Positions 1 through 9,409 of a stretch of DNA of 64,000 nt are shown here, one piece after another; the first letter of the stretch is position 1, and each line of letters opens with the position of its first letter. The stretch is from an uncultured delta proteobacterium (lineage in GTDB: Bacteria; Myxococcota_A; Polyangia; Polyangiales; Polyangiaceae): NCBI GenBank assembly GCA_963841435.1, contig CAWJCS010000004.1, positions 160,001-224,000 on the forward strand, in the 5' to 3' direction. The position numbers were made by a program, and so were the translations under genes. A model generated the notes under the pieces. It saw only the letters and a program-made list of their open reading frames with translations. It was not told where the DNA came from and ran no database searches.

Positions 1-81
1 GCGGGAACCTACAAGCTCATCGTGCTGGACGGCATGGGCAAAAAGCTCGGTGAGTCGTCCGCGCTACTGAGAGTGAAGTGA
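1..81 (+). CDS. 3' end of a gene entering the window (AGTYKLIVLDGMGKKLGESSALLRVK*)
   Basis: Frame 1 is open from the window edge; its TGA overlaps the GTG start of the sigma factor (GTGA). Confidence 0.6.
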   Translation, partial: AGTYKLIVLDGMGKKLGESSALLRVK

Positions 82-650
82 TCGTTTCGGAGAATGGCTC
101 CGTGAGCGCAGCGCGACCGCTTCGAGCCCCCTTGCCGCGACCCGTCTCGGACCGAGCGTCCGCTGGAGGCCCGGAACCGGCGCGCCTCGACGATCTCGAG
201 CCGTACGTGCGCGGCATCGTGCAGCGCGCGCTCGGCCCCGACATCGAGCGCGACAACGTCGTGCAACAGGTACTCTGCGTAGTGCTGCGCAACCAGGAGG
301 GCCTTCGCGAGCCATTGGCTCAGCGTGCCTGGGTGCGCACGATCACGTTCAATGTGGTGTACGACCTGCTCCGCAGGCGGCAGCTACGGCACGCGGCGCA
401 GGGCGTTGCAGCCGCAGAGATGCGCGGGGACCTGGTGCGCACGGTCGAGGTGCGAGATCTTTTGGCCCGCCTGAAGGCGCTCGTCGAAGGGCTGCCGGTC
501 TCGGAGCAGTCCGCTTTCGTGTTGCGGTACGTCGAGGGGCGACGGCTCGCGGAGATCGCGGCCATCGAGGGGTATTCTCTTGCGACCGCGCGCCGGAGGC
601 TCGCTCGCGCGCGGCGCATTCTACGGGCGTTGGCCTCCCAAGCACCGTGA
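78..650 (+). CDS. ECF-type sigma-70 family RNA polymerase sigma factor
   Basis: Region 2-like DNVVQQV...RAWVRTITFNVVYDLLRRR and region 4 LPVSEQSAFVLRYVEGRRLAEIAAIEGYSLATARRRLARAR. Confidence 0.85.
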   Translation: MIVSENGSVSAARPLRAPLPRPVSDRASAGGPEPARLDDLEPYVRGIVQRALGPDIERDNVVQQVLCVVLRNQEGLREPLAQRAWVRTITFNVVYDLLRRRQLRHAAQGVAAAEMRGDLVRTVEVRDLLARLKALVEGLPVSEQSAFVLRYVEGRRLAEIAAIEGYSLATARRRLARARRILRALASQAP

Positions 651-685
651 ACTGTCGCGGTCGGGTCGACCGTTGTCGAGGGCCG

Positions 686-1759
686 TCAGGGCGCCGACGC
701 CTGCGTGCGGAGCAGGACCTCCCAGAATCGCGCCCCGGCGACCGCGCCGTCGCAGTCGGTGACGAGCCAGCCGGAACCTTGGAGATCAGTTGCCAGATCG
801 GGCCCCGCCGCGGCGGCGGCGTCCCGGGTCGCCAACGGAGAAACGCGCTTGACGGCGGTCGCGAACGTCGGGAGGCCTGCCGCGATGACGGAGACCTGGT
901 CCGACGCGGGCTCCCAGTGCCAGAGGTTCGGTTGCTTGGAGGCGATCCACGTGCCGAGGGCGTTGCCAGGGAGCTCGGATAGCCGCGAATCCGGGACGTC
1001 GGTGAGCTGGTCGTAAAAGGCGCTGACCTGGACGTAGCGGAAGCGTTCGGTAACGATCGTGTCGGCCCACGGGTCGTGATCTCCGTTGGGGATCCCCATC
1101 CCGCCGCCGGAGGCGCTCAAGCTTCCGAGCGAGGAAACGACCACCACCCGTTGGGTGACCGTGGGGTCAACGAGGTACGCATCCGCAACGTCGGTGAGCG
1201 CCCCGCCCGTCGCGACCACGAGGGGCCGATAGGGAAGACCGAGGCGCTTCGACACGTCGACGATGAAGAGCGCTCCTTCGGAGCGGTTCGGCTGCGTGTC
1301 GTCGATCTCACCGCTTGCGGGCATGACCAGCGACGACCCGATGCTGGCCAACGGATCAGGGAGCCTCTGGATGCCGCTTTCTCGAGCCGCCGCGACGAGA
1401 CCTCGCCAGCCGTCGACGTTGGTCTGGAGGTCCGGCCAGTCGGGGCTCGCGTTGACGACGATGCCCGCGAGCTCTGCGCCGCCTGCCGCGAGCAGCACCG
1501 CGTACTCGCCCGACCAGTTGTCGTAGGCGCCGTCGTTGACGACGACGATGGGGTTGCGCTCGTTGACCGGCAGGAGCCCGTACGGGCGATCATGGCCTGC
1601 GTCGAGTGTCTCCGTGCAACCGCAGGTCACGAGGACGGCGGCGAGCGCGCAGAGTCGCGGCCGGGCACGCGCTCGAGAGGCCGCCGAAACCACGCTCGGA
1701 GGAGGCGCTGCCTCCGCGGTCGGGGCGCGGGCGAAGCGTGCAAACCGAACACTTAGCAT
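686..1759 (-). CDS. Probable lipoprotein with nucleoside-hydrolase-like fold
   Basis: Hydrophobic stretch ending VLVTCGC. The segment SEGALFIV...PLVVATGGALTDVADAYLVDP...VVVVSSLG resembles the IU-nucleoside hydrolase core. Start uncertain. Confidence 0.55.
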   Translation of the reverse strand: MLSVRFARFARAPTAEAAPPPSVVSAASRARARPRLCALAAVLVTCGCTETLDAGHDRPYGLLPVNERNPIVVVNDGAYDNWSGEYAVLLAAGGAELAGIVVNASPDWPDLQTNVDGWRGLVAAARESGIQRLPDPLASIGSSLVMPASGEIDDTQPNRSEGALFIVDVSKRLGLPYRPLVVATGGALTDVADAYLVDPTVTQRVVVVSSLGSLSASGGGMGIPNGDHDPWADTIVTERFRYVQVSAFYDQLTDVPDSRLSELPGNALGTWIASKQPNLWHWEPASDQVSVIAAGLPTFATAVKRVSPLATRDAAAAAGPDLATDLQGSGWLVTDCDGAVAGARFWEVLLRTQASAP

Positions 1760-1984
1760 GGTGCTTACCAACGTCAACCCCGTCGACGAGGCCGCGTGCG
1801 GGTGACTCAGGTTTAGCGCGAAGGCTCGGGATGTCGAAGGGAAATGCCGGTCGCGCTGCACGATGCGCCGCTTGCGAACCCGTGGCAATCCGCCGGATTC
1901 GGTTGACGACGCCATCTAGGCCAACATCGTCGCCGCGGGATACGGGCACTGACGGACCGAGGAGCGCGCGCCGACCTCGTGCGT

Positions 1985-3280
1985 TTAGAACTGCTTGAAG
2001 AAGGCCCAGGATTCTTCGGGGATCCAGTTCGTGTTGGTGCCGGAATCGTTGGCGATGTTCGTGTGCCCACCGTTGAAGGTGCAGACCTTGGTGGGAAATG
2101 ACGCCCCGCACCCCTGGAAGTCGTAGCAGACGTGATTGCCTTGTTGCCAGATCGGTATGGTCTCCGGCACGGTGCACCCGTTGTCAGTTGCGTGCTCGAT
2201 GGCGATGAACTTCGAGCCCTGGGTCGTGCTGTTCCCGTTGACCCACGGACACGTCGTGTCGCTCATGCCGGTCGTTTGCATCCATGCGATCGGCTCGTGC
2301 GTTTTCGGCGGGACGTAGATGTTGTAGTTGGCGGGGGCGATGCCCACGGCGGCGCGGATGTCCTTCTGATGATTCACCGAAAGGGAGTAGGTGATCATGC
2401 CTCCGAAGCTGAATCCGGTCGCGAAGACGCGCGTCGTATCGATACAGAGATTGTCTTTGACGTAGGCCAGGATGTCGTCGAAGAGGGCGTGGTCCTTTTC
2501 TTGCCACGTTTGGCCATCCGACTGCGGCGCGACGAAGATGGCGGGCTCGTTGTCGGCGTTCGCCAGGGGCTTGAGGAAGTAGTAGTTCTGGTCGCGAACG
2601 GCCTCGGAGGTGCTGCCGATCCAGTGAGACGTGTAGAACAAGCGATACGGCTTGTTCATGTCGTAGTTGGTCGGAATGTCGATGATGTACGTTCGCTGTT
2701 GACCGGTGCTCGTGATCGTCTTCTTGCCGGTCGTTACCGTCGTGGCTTTGCCGCACCCGGCACTCAGAACCGGCGGGTTCCCGAAGGGCAGGGCGCCGCC
2801 CGTCCCGGCCGCGCCGCCCGCGCCCGCTCCTGCAGCACCGCCCGCGCCCGCTCCTGCGGCGCCGCCCGCGCCTGACTGGCCGCTCGCGCCCGAGCTGCCG
2901 CTCGCCCCAGCCGAGCCACTCGCGCCGGACGCGCCGCCACCCATGCTGCCCGCCGCACCGCCCGCGCCCGCGCCAGCGGCACCGCCCGCGCCCGAGCTGC
3001 CGCTGACCCCAGCCGAGCCACCCGCACCGGACGCGCCACCACTCAGGGTGCCCGCCGAGCCACCCGTGCCCGTGCCCGCTCCACCACCGGCGCCCGATTG
3101 AGCGCCGGTGCCGGAGCTGCCGCTGGCCGAGCCCGCGGAGCCGCCCGTCCCTGCGCCGCCCGTGGCGGTCGTTCCGGATGTCCCACCGGAGCCAGTCGTG
3201 GTCTGCCCGACCGGATCAGAACAAGCGGAGACGATGGCGCCGAGAGTACCGGCAGCTACGAGCAAGCGACTGGAAATCAT
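1985..3280 (-). CDS. Lipoprotein: Gly/Ser/Ala-rich linker plus CE1/feruloyl-esterase or PHB-depolymerase-like alpha/beta hydrolase
   Basis: Lipobox IVSAC; family motifs SAGCGK and LCIDTTRVFATGFSFGG (GxSxG); C-terminal FNGGH...WAFFKQF. Confidence 0.85.
   Translation of the reverse strand: MISSRLLVAAGTLGAIVSACSDPVGQTTTGSGGTSGTTATGGAGTGGSAGSASGSSGTGAQSGAGGGAGTGTGGSAGTLSGGASGAGGSAGVSGSSGAGGAAGAGAGGAAGSMGGGASGASGSAGASGSSGASGQSGAGGAAGAGAGGAAGAGAGGAAGTGGALPFGNPPVLSAGCGKATTVTTGKKTITSTGQQRTYIIDIPTNYDMNKPYRLFYTSHWIGSTSEAVRDQNYYFLKPLANADNEPAIFVAPQSDGQTWQEKDHALFDDILAYVKDNLCIDTTRVFATGFSFGGMITYSLSVNHQKDIRAAVGIAPANYNIYVPPKTHEPIAWMQTTGMSDTTCPWVNGNSTTQGSKFIAIEHATDNGCTVPETIPIWQQGNHVCYDFQGCGASFPTKVCTFNGGHTNIANDSGTNTNWIPEESWAFFKQF
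2795..3200 (-). repeat. Low-complexity GAGGAAGA/SGSSGA coding repeats (linker)
   Basis: Imperfect 24-bp tandem units such as gcaccgcccgcgcccgctcctgcg within the esterase gene. Confidence 0.8.
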
Positions 3281-3465
3281 TGGGTTTCTCCTCACGGCGC
3301 GCAGGAAAGGCGAACGGCAGCCCGGCCTCCCGCGGCGCTCAGGCACAGGTACCTGACGCTCGTGTGAGCTTTTTCTGCTCCGAAAATGCCGGGTGCGGCA
3401 ACGCAGGGATCTCGCGCGGCTCCCGCCAGTCGTCACCGTGAAGAAATTTTTGACGAGCGTGTCGG

Positions 3466-4377
3466 TCAGCGCCCGGCGAACGCCGCGTCGAGCGTTGCGA
3501 TATCGAGCTTTTGCATGCCGAGCATGGCTCGAAAGGCGCGGTCGGTGGCCTGGGTGTCGGAGCTCGCCATCCACGCCGTGATGCGCGTGGGCACGATTTG
3601 CCAGGACAGACCGAACGCGTCTTTCAACCAGCCGCACCTGCTCGGCTGCCCGCCTTCGGAGAGGCGCGCCCAATACTGGTCGACCTCGCGCTGGTCCTCG
3701 CACATCACCTGAAAGGAAACGGCTTCGTCGAAGCTTGCGCCGCGTGCCTCATGGCCGTCCATGGCGATGAAGTCTTGGCCCGCGAGCGTGAAGCGGCCGT
3801 GCACGACTTTGCCCTCCGGTCCGCGATCGGCGCCGTAACGTTCGATGCGGTCGATGCGGCTTTCGGGGAAGATGGCGGTGTACGCTTTCATCGCCTCCTC
3901 GGCGCGGCCGTGCTGGGCGTTCGCAAACATGAGGCAGGGAACGATCTCCGCGCTCCCCGGCGCTCGCGGGTTCGTCATCACTTGGAAGGACACGCCGAAG
4001 CGGTCCTCGACCCAGGCGTAGCGCTCGCTCCACGGGTACGCTCCGGGCGGCATCAGGAATTTCCCGCCCTCGCCGAGCACGGCGGAGAGTTGGTCCGTGC
4101 GCTCGGTCGTGTCGGTGAAGAGGAAAAAGGAGATGCTCGGGTTGATGACGAAAGGCGGGCCGCCGTTGAGAGCGGTGAACCGACGGCCGAGCACTTCGAA
4201 CTCGACGGTGAGCACGCTGCCGCGCGCCTTGCCGCCCGGATTGTCGAAAGACTCCGGGTAGCGCGACCGAGCGAGCACTTGGCCGCCGCCGAACGTTCGC
4301 GTGTAGAAGGCGGCCGCTTCTTCGGCCTGGTCGTCGAACCAGAGGCAGGGGACGATGCGTGGGCTGCTATCGCTCAT
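3466..4377 (-). CDS. Two-domain VOC/PhnB-like protein (3-demethylubiquinone-9 3-methyltransferase family)
   Basis: IVPCLWFDDQAEEAAAFY, ALNGGP, WVEDRFGVSFQ, CGWLKDAFGLSWQIVP. Confidence 0.9.
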   Translation of the reverse strand: MSDSSPRIVPCLWFDDQAEEAAAFYTRTFGGGQVLARSRYPESFDNPGGKARGSVLTVEFEVLGRRFTALNGGPPFVINPSISFFLFTDTTERTDQLSAVLGEGGKFLMPPGAYPWSERYAWVEDRFGVSFQVMTNPRAPGSAEIVPCLMFANAQHGRAEEAMKAYTAIFPESRIDRIERYGADRGPEGKVVHGRFTLAGQDFIAMDGHEARGASFDEAVSFQVMCEDQREVDQYWARLSEGGQPSRCGWLKDAFGLSWQIVPTRITAWMASSDTQATDRAFRAMLGMQKLDIATLDAAFAGR

Positions 4378-5048
4378 GGGTTTCTCCTCTTCTTGGGTCT
4401 CGTGGCCCGCGACTTAACGGGTGGTTTGAGGGTCGGTTTCGTTCCGAGCGGGCGCCGTTCGGGCGCAACGCGGAACAGGAGCTCGATGTAGCGCTCGAGG
4501 TGCTCGACCGATTCGATGGCAATGCGGGCGCTATCGCGCGCTTTGGCGAGGATGAAAGCCCCCTGCAGCACGGCCTGAGTGTGCGCGGCGAGGCTCTGCG
4601 CCGTGAAATCGCCCTCGAGGCCGCGCTTTTTCATGGCGCCCGCAAAGTCTTCGACCAGCGTTTCGGCGTGTCCAAAGATGCACGCCGCGCACGCGGCGCG
4701 TATCGCCGGGCTCGAAGCGTGCGTTTCCTGCACGAGGGTGCCGGCCACGCACGTGAACTCCGAAACGTCGCCCCGGAGGAGCGATTTGCGAAACGCGAGG
4801 TAGGCGCGCACACGCGCGAGCGGGTCGAGCGGCGAGTGGAAGGGGGCCGTCGCGAATAGCGCGGCCGTGACGCGCGACCAGTGGTTCGCCGCCTCGACCC
4901 CCAGGGCTTCCTTGCTTTCGAAGTGATGGAAGAAGGCGCCCTTGGTCACCCCCGCGCGCGTGCACAGGTCGTCGACGGTGGTGGCCGCGAAACCTTGCTC
5001 GCGGATGAGGGTGAGCGAGGCGTCGAGCAGCTTGTCTTTGGCGGTCAT
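4374..5048 (-). CDS. TetR/AcrR family regulator (NemR-like)
   Basis: HTH QGFAATTVDDLCTRAGVTKGAFFHHFESKEAL; ATGA-coupled to the VOC gene. Alternative start at 5063. Confidence 0.92.
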   Translation of the reverse strand: MTAKDKLLDASLTLIREQGFAATTVDDLCTRAGVTKGAFFHHFESKEALGVEAANHWSRVTAALFATAPFHSPLDPLARVRAYLAFRKSLLRGDVSEFTCVAGTLVQETHASSPAIRAACAACIFGHAETLVEDFAGAMKKRGLEGDFTAQSLAAHTQAVLQGAFILAKARDSARIAIESVEHLERYIELLFRVAPERRPLGTKPTLKPPVKSRATRPKKRRNP

Positions 5049-5064
5049 GCTCCGCGGAGCCATC

Positions 5065-5084
5065 CATACCAACTAGTTGGTATG
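5065..5084. promoter_or_regulatory. Perfect 20-bp palindrome CATACCAACTAGTTGGTATG, probable TetR operator within the promoter
   Basis: Lies just 3' of TTGACG (-35-like, minus strand 5087-5092) and immediately upstream of the tetR start. Confidence 0.8.
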
Positions 5085-5168
5085 TTCGTCAAGCGCGCCG
5101 GGCCGTTGCCCCGGGCTCGCCCGGCGTGCGCGGAAAAAAGTGGCCAGGCCCTGCCCCGATGGCGTGGG

Positions 5169-7535
5169 TCAGCGCCCGCCCGGCGACGCCGTCACGTAGA
5201 TCTCCAGGTTGCCGCGCCTTGCCGCGAAGCGAAAACGCGGCCCCGCCTGGACGGCCGCGTGGCACGGCCGCTCGATACCGACGAAGCGGGAGCTCGCGAG
5301 CGCGGCCGAGGGATCCGCGGGCAGTGGCTCGCCGTGCGGCGGCGGACCAGGGTGGAGGACCGGCAGACGCAGCTGGGAGAGGCGATAGACGCCGCTCGGA
5401 TAGGGCGTACCGCACGTGAACAGCGCCACGCGGGGGTCTTCTTCGTCGGCGCGGGGTGCCTGCCGCGGCAGCCGCGAAAGCGTGTAGCCGCCGAAGACCC
5501 GCTGATCCTCGGTATCGTGGAGCGCGTAGTCGAGAAAGGCGAAGTCGCTCGCGAGCGTGTCGCGGCCGAGCGCGTTGCCCGACCAGACGAGGTGCGTCAC
5601 GCCGAGCGCCTCGAGCTCCCGATGGATCCTTGCTGGCGTGCGGAGCACGCCGTAGCTGAAACGGCTCTCGTGCACGTCGGTCACCCAGTTGCGGTCGAGC
5701 CCCAGGATGGTGATCACGTCGTGCGCGAGGATGACGGCGTTCTTCGGCGTGGCCTTCCCGATGCTACCGAGCGGCTCGTAACGGACGAGGCGGTCCGGCT
5801 TCTTTTCGAAGCCTGTCGCGAGAAACGCCTCCGCGACGCGCAGCGGCGAGTCACCGATCAGGTTGTGGGTGCGGAAAAAGGGTACGTCTCCGCCCCACGT
5901 CACCTGCAGCGCCAAGAGAACGAGCAGCGGCCCGCGCGCGAGCCAGCCCGTTTCCCAGACCCGTGCAAGACAGGCGGCCATCGTTGCAGCCATCCAGGGC
6001 AGGACCGCCTGAAGGTAGCGATCGAAGTGGTGCAGCATGTACCAGGTGAAGATCGACAGCATGATGCAGGCGTGGGCAGCGAGCAAACGTCCCGGGCGCC
6101 GCAGAAACAGCAGGCAGGGTAGGGTGAGCGTGAACAACGAGCCGAAGATCGGCACGTCTCGGTGCAGGACGTACCAGTCGTTCGGCACGAACGAGAAGCT
6201 CACGGTGGTCTTCAACGCCTCGTAGAGGTCGGCTTTCGTCCACGACCCCGTGCGCATGAACGACTGCAACACGGCGAGTGGTCCTTCGGCGTCCGGATTC
6301 CACGGGTGCACATGGAGGGCACGGTGAAGGAACGGATAAACGGGATCTCCGAACCAGATCAGGTTTCTGAGCCAGAGCGGGGTGGTGACCGCAAGCCCCG
6401 CGGCCGTCAGCGTCAAAAGGCCCCGGAGCGCGTGACGGCGACCACGCGCGGCAAGCCAGACACCGCGCGCCCCCAGAACGACGACCGGGGGCGCCGCCAC
6501 GATCAGCGCCGTGAACTTCGTGAGAACCAGCGCGCCGAGACAGATCGCGACCAGCGCGGCGTTCACGGGGCGAAAGTCCCGGAAACAGCGGATGCTCGCG
6601 AGCGCTGTCGGGATCGCGAAGAACGCGGCCACGTGATCGGCGCCCGCGTGCAGATTCCCGTCGTAAAGGTAGATCGAAGGGAACGTGAGCAGCGCGAGCG
6701 CGCTGAGCGGCTGCCGAAGGCCGGGCGCGAGACGGCGCGCGAGCAATGGCACTTGCGCGAGAGTCGCGAGGAAAAGGACGAGCTCCAGGTGCAGGCAGAT
6801 CTCGAGGCGATCGAACAGGAGCACGTTGGGCGTCAGAAAGGCCCACGTGTAGAGGTAGCTCGCCAGGTGCGGATTCGCCTGCTGCCAGAAGCCTTCCTCG
6901 AAGCGCCCCGTCGACCCCGTGAGCGCGTAGCGCTGAGCGATGGGCAGATGGTACCAACGCTCGTCGAAGCCGATCGTATCCGGGGTCAGGATCTGCGCGT
7001 AGATGAGCCCGACCCCGAGCACTGCCAGCGCCCAGGGCGCGAGACTCCAGAGCGGCAGGCTGATCTCGAGCTTTTTGACACGACGAACGATGCGGGGAAG
7101 ATCGCGAGCCGTGCGCCGCCAACCGGCCGCGACGAGCAGCGCCGGAATGGCGACGAAGCCAGCGACCCCGAGCAGGTGCAGCTGCCCCAGGAAAAACACC
7201 AGGAGGCCGAACGAAAGCACCCCGACGGCCGATGCCAGCGCGAGCTCTTCGCGCTTCGGCAGGCTCCGCACGCCGACCCATGCGAGCAGCCCATACCCGC
7301 CGATCAGGCTCGACCCGAAAAACACCAGCGAAAGAAGCCAGGCCAGCGCGTAGCGAAAGAACAACCAGTCCTTGAGCGGGTAGTGCTGATTGACGAGGTG
7401 CGCAAAAAGCAACACGGCGCCGCCGAGCACGACCGCCAGCCCGACCGTTCGTACGCGCAGCCACGGCTCACCCCGACCCGTGAACGAGTCGCGCGCCGTC
7501 TCGGTGCGGATCTCCACCCCCGAGCGTGCCATCAT
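5169..7535 (-). CDS. Polytopic membrane protein, GT-C (ArnT/PMT-like) glycosyltransferase-like
   Basis: 788 aa with many TM segments; motifs FDERWYHLPIA, LVLTKFTAL, RNLIWFGDPVYPF, DRYLQAVLPW. Confidence 0.6.
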   Translation of the reverse strand: MMARSGVEIRTETARDSFTGRGEPWLRVRTVGLAVVLGGAVLLFAHLVNQHYPLKDWLFFRYALAWLLSLVFFGSSLIGGYGLLAWVGVRSLPKREELALASAVGVLSFGLLVFFLGQLHLLGVAGFVAIPALLVAAGWRRTARDLPRIVRRVKKLEISLPLWSLAPWALAVLGVGLIYAQILTPDTIGFDERWYHLPIAQRYALTGSTGRFEEGFWQQANPHLASYLYTWAFLTPNVLLFDRLEICLHLELVLFLATLAQVPLLARRLAPGLRQPLSALALLTFPSIYLYDGNLHAGADHVAAFFAIPTALASIRCFRDFRPVNAALVAICLGALVLTKFTALIVAAPPVVVLGARGVWLAARGRRHALRGLLTLTAAGLAVTTPLWLRNLIWFGDPVYPFLHRALHVHPWNPDAEGPLAVLQSFMRTGSWTKADLYEALKTTVSFSFVPNDWYVLHRDVPIFGSLFTLTLPCLLFLRRPGRLLAAHACIMLSIFTWYMLHHFDRYLQAVLPWMAATMAACLARVWETGWLARGPLLVLLALQVTWGGDVPFFRTHNLIGDSPLRVAEAFLATGFEKKPDRLVRYEPLGSIGKATPKNAVILAHDVITILGLDRNWVTDVHESRFSYGVLRTPARIHRELEALGVTHLVWSGNALGRDTLASDFAFLDYALHDTEDQRVFGGYTLSRLPRQAPRADEEDPRVALFTCGTPYPSGVYRLSQLRLPVLHPGPPPHGEPLPADPSAALASSRFVGIERPCHAAVQAGPRFRFAARRGNLEIYVTASPGGR

Positions 7536-7638
7536 GTGCCACGGGCGCTGCCCGTCTCCCTTGCCGCGACACGCACGTCACCCCGCGCACCGTCCGCGAC
7601 AGCCCTGGTCCCGACCACCCGCACCATGCTTGCGGTTT

Positions 7639-7654
7639 AGCAATTGCCGTGCCT
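7639..7654 (-). promoter_or_regulatory. Putative sigma54 -24/-12 promoter AGGCACGGCAATTGCT
   Basis: GG-N10-GC with close match to TGGCACG-N4-TTGCW, about 100 bp upstream of the membrane glycosyltransferase-like gene. Confidence 0.55.
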
Positions 7655-7680
7655 CCCTCGCGCACGAGGGCCGGAGGGTG

Positions 7681-8064
7681 TCAGGCGATCGCCGGCGTTT
7701 CCTGCAAGCGACGCCAGGAAAAATACGACAGCGCCCAGAGCACGCCCGTGGCCGCCGCCCAGCCCCAAGCCTCCACGCCGTCGCCCACCGAGAGGTGGGC
7801 GACGAGCGCAGAGCCGAGGTCGAAGGCGAAGCCGGCGTAGGCCCACTCCTTGAGCCGCGCCGGCAGCGGTGCCACGAGCAGCAGCACGCCGAGGAGCTTG
7901 GCCCACGACAACTCCGTCCGGAAGTACGCCGGGAAGCCGAGGTGGGTGAACGCGTCGGCCACCTGCGGCAGGCAAAGCTGTGCATAGGCGGTGAAGCCTA
8001 TCTGCAAGCAAAAGAGTGCGGTGGCGACCCAGAAGCCGATGACGATTGCTTTGGAGCGCGACAT
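7681..8064 (-). CDS. DoxX-like membrane protein
   Basis: AFTHLGFPAYFRTELSWAKLLG...RLKEWAYAGFAF. Confidence 0.88.
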   Translation of the reverse strand: MSRSKAIVIGFWVATALFCLQIGFTAYAQLCLPQVADAFTHLGFPAYFRTELSWAKLLGVLLLVAPLPARLKEWAYAGFAFDLGSALVAHLSVGDGVEAWGWAAATGVLWALSYFSWRRLQETPAIA

Positions 8065-8066
8065 CT

Positions 8067-8630
8067 TCAGCTCGCGCCGGAAGTCCAAGTGGGCATCTCG
8101 ACGCCAAACTGCTTGGCGTACTCGGCGTGCAAGCGCTGCCAGCCGCCGAACTTCATGGCGTCGGGACCGACGATGCGTCCGATGGGATGGCCGGCGAGGA
8201 GCCGTTCCAGCACGTCGAAGCAGATGTGCCAGCCCGCAGCGCCCATCGCAATGAAGCGACGGTCGATGTTGGTCCAAAGCGTGAGCCGCGTGTCGCCGCT
8301 TCCCAGCGGCTCGAGCTCCCAGCGCATGTCGAAATCACCCCAGGTATATTCGAGCGCCTTCGGCTCGTCGGCCCGCTTCACGCTGGTCTCGGTGACATGC
8401 GGCGTCGGCGCACCGACGGACGAGAGCTTGGCGGTGCCGACACGACCGAGGCTCCGGTCAGCATCGAACGGAGCCCATTGTCGCAGATGCTCGGGGTCGG
8501 TGAGCGCTTGCCATACTTTGGTAGGCGGGTGGGAGAGGTTGCGGACGAGCACGAGCGTCCACTTCTCGCCGTCTTTTTGGACTTCGGCGCCGGAAGCGGC
8601 ACCCGGCTCGTATTGCTCGCGGTCACTCAT
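8067..8630 (-). CDS. SRPBCC/AHSA1 domain protein
   Basis: LSHPPTKVWQALTDPEHLRQWAPF...LEYTWG...AAGWHICFDVL. Confidence 0.9.
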   Translation of the reverse strand: MSDREQYEPGAASGAEVQKDGEKWTLVLVRNLSHPPTKVWQALTDPEHLRQWAPFDADRSLGRVGTAKLSSVGAPTPHVTETSVKRADEPKALEYTWGDFDMRWELEPLGSGDTRLTLWTNIDRRFIAMGAAGWHICFDVLERLLAGHPIGRIVGPDAMKFGGWQRLHAEYAKQFGVEMPTWTSGAS

Positions 8631-8962
8631 TTTTTCTTTCCTTTCACGGCAGGCACCATCTCCATCTTGTTCAGGTGTTGTTCGAGCGCATCGACGTGCT
8701 TGGACCAGAAGCGCCGGAAGGGGACGAGCCACGCATCGAGCTCCATGAGCGGCTCCGGCCTCAGTCGATAGAGCCGCCGCTGCGCTTCGATGCGCGCCTC
8801 CACGAACCCAGCCTCGCGCAGGACCCTGAGGTGCTTGGAGACGGACGGCTGCGACAGCCGAAGCTCGCGCTCGAGCTCGCCGACGGAGCGCTCCGACGAG
8901 AGCAAGAGGCCCAAGATGGCCCGCCTATTTGGCTCCGCGACGATGGCAAACGACGACTCCAC
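8627..8962 (-). CDS. ArsR/SmtB family transcriptional regulator
   Basis: AEPNRRAILGLL...SVGEL...SQPSVSKHLRVLREAGFV; classic ArsR-SRPBCC pairing. Confidence 0.92.
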   Translation of the reverse strand: MESSFAIVAEPNRRAILGLLLSSERSVGELERELRLSQPSVSKHLRVLREAGFVEARIEAQRRLYRLRPEPLMELDAWLVPFRRFWSKHVDALEQHLNKMEMVPAVKGKKK

Positions 8963-8998
8963 GGTCTGTATATATCCATATAGGTATATGTCTGTCAA
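8963..8998 (-). promoter_or_regulatory. Sigma70 promoter with ArsR operator; probably leaderless
   Basis: Minus strand reads TTGACA-gacatatacctatatgga-TATATA-cagacc-GTG; the imperfect inverted repeat ATATACC..GGATATAT lies in the spacer/-10. Confidence 0.7.
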
Positions 8999-9409
8999 GT
9001 AATATTGTGCCGCCCAGGGAGCGTTCCGGATGCCGTGCATCGCCTGCTGGATGAGTGCGTCGTGACGCTTGCAGCGGCCGTCGTCGTCGAGCACGCCTGC
9101 GATTCACCCGGTGGAGGCGCAGTCGAGCGTTTCGCGTGACTCGCAGGTCGCCGAGTAAGCGTTCGACTCGCGGCGAGTCCCCGTCCGAGCGGATCACGAT
9201 GGAGCCCGTCCGACTCGAGCAGGGTCAGGAGGTTGCGTTCCCCCCGCGGTTCTTGCGCGTTGGCAGGGCGAAGCGTTCGGGATGTTCCGCCGATTCCCGC
9301 TCGCCCTCGGCGCCGTTGCGGAAATGACGCCGTCGGGCGTGAATCTAGTCTGGATCCACGTTGCCAACGCGTCGCCGGGGCGCGAGGATGCCCCTCTACT
9401 CGTCCCTCC

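Noticed and set aside
2795-3200. Tandem repeats as CRISPR array or VNTR (also 58600-58910)
   Set aside because: They are degenerate codon-level repeats encoding Gly-rich linkers, with no constant repeat/unique spacer pattern.
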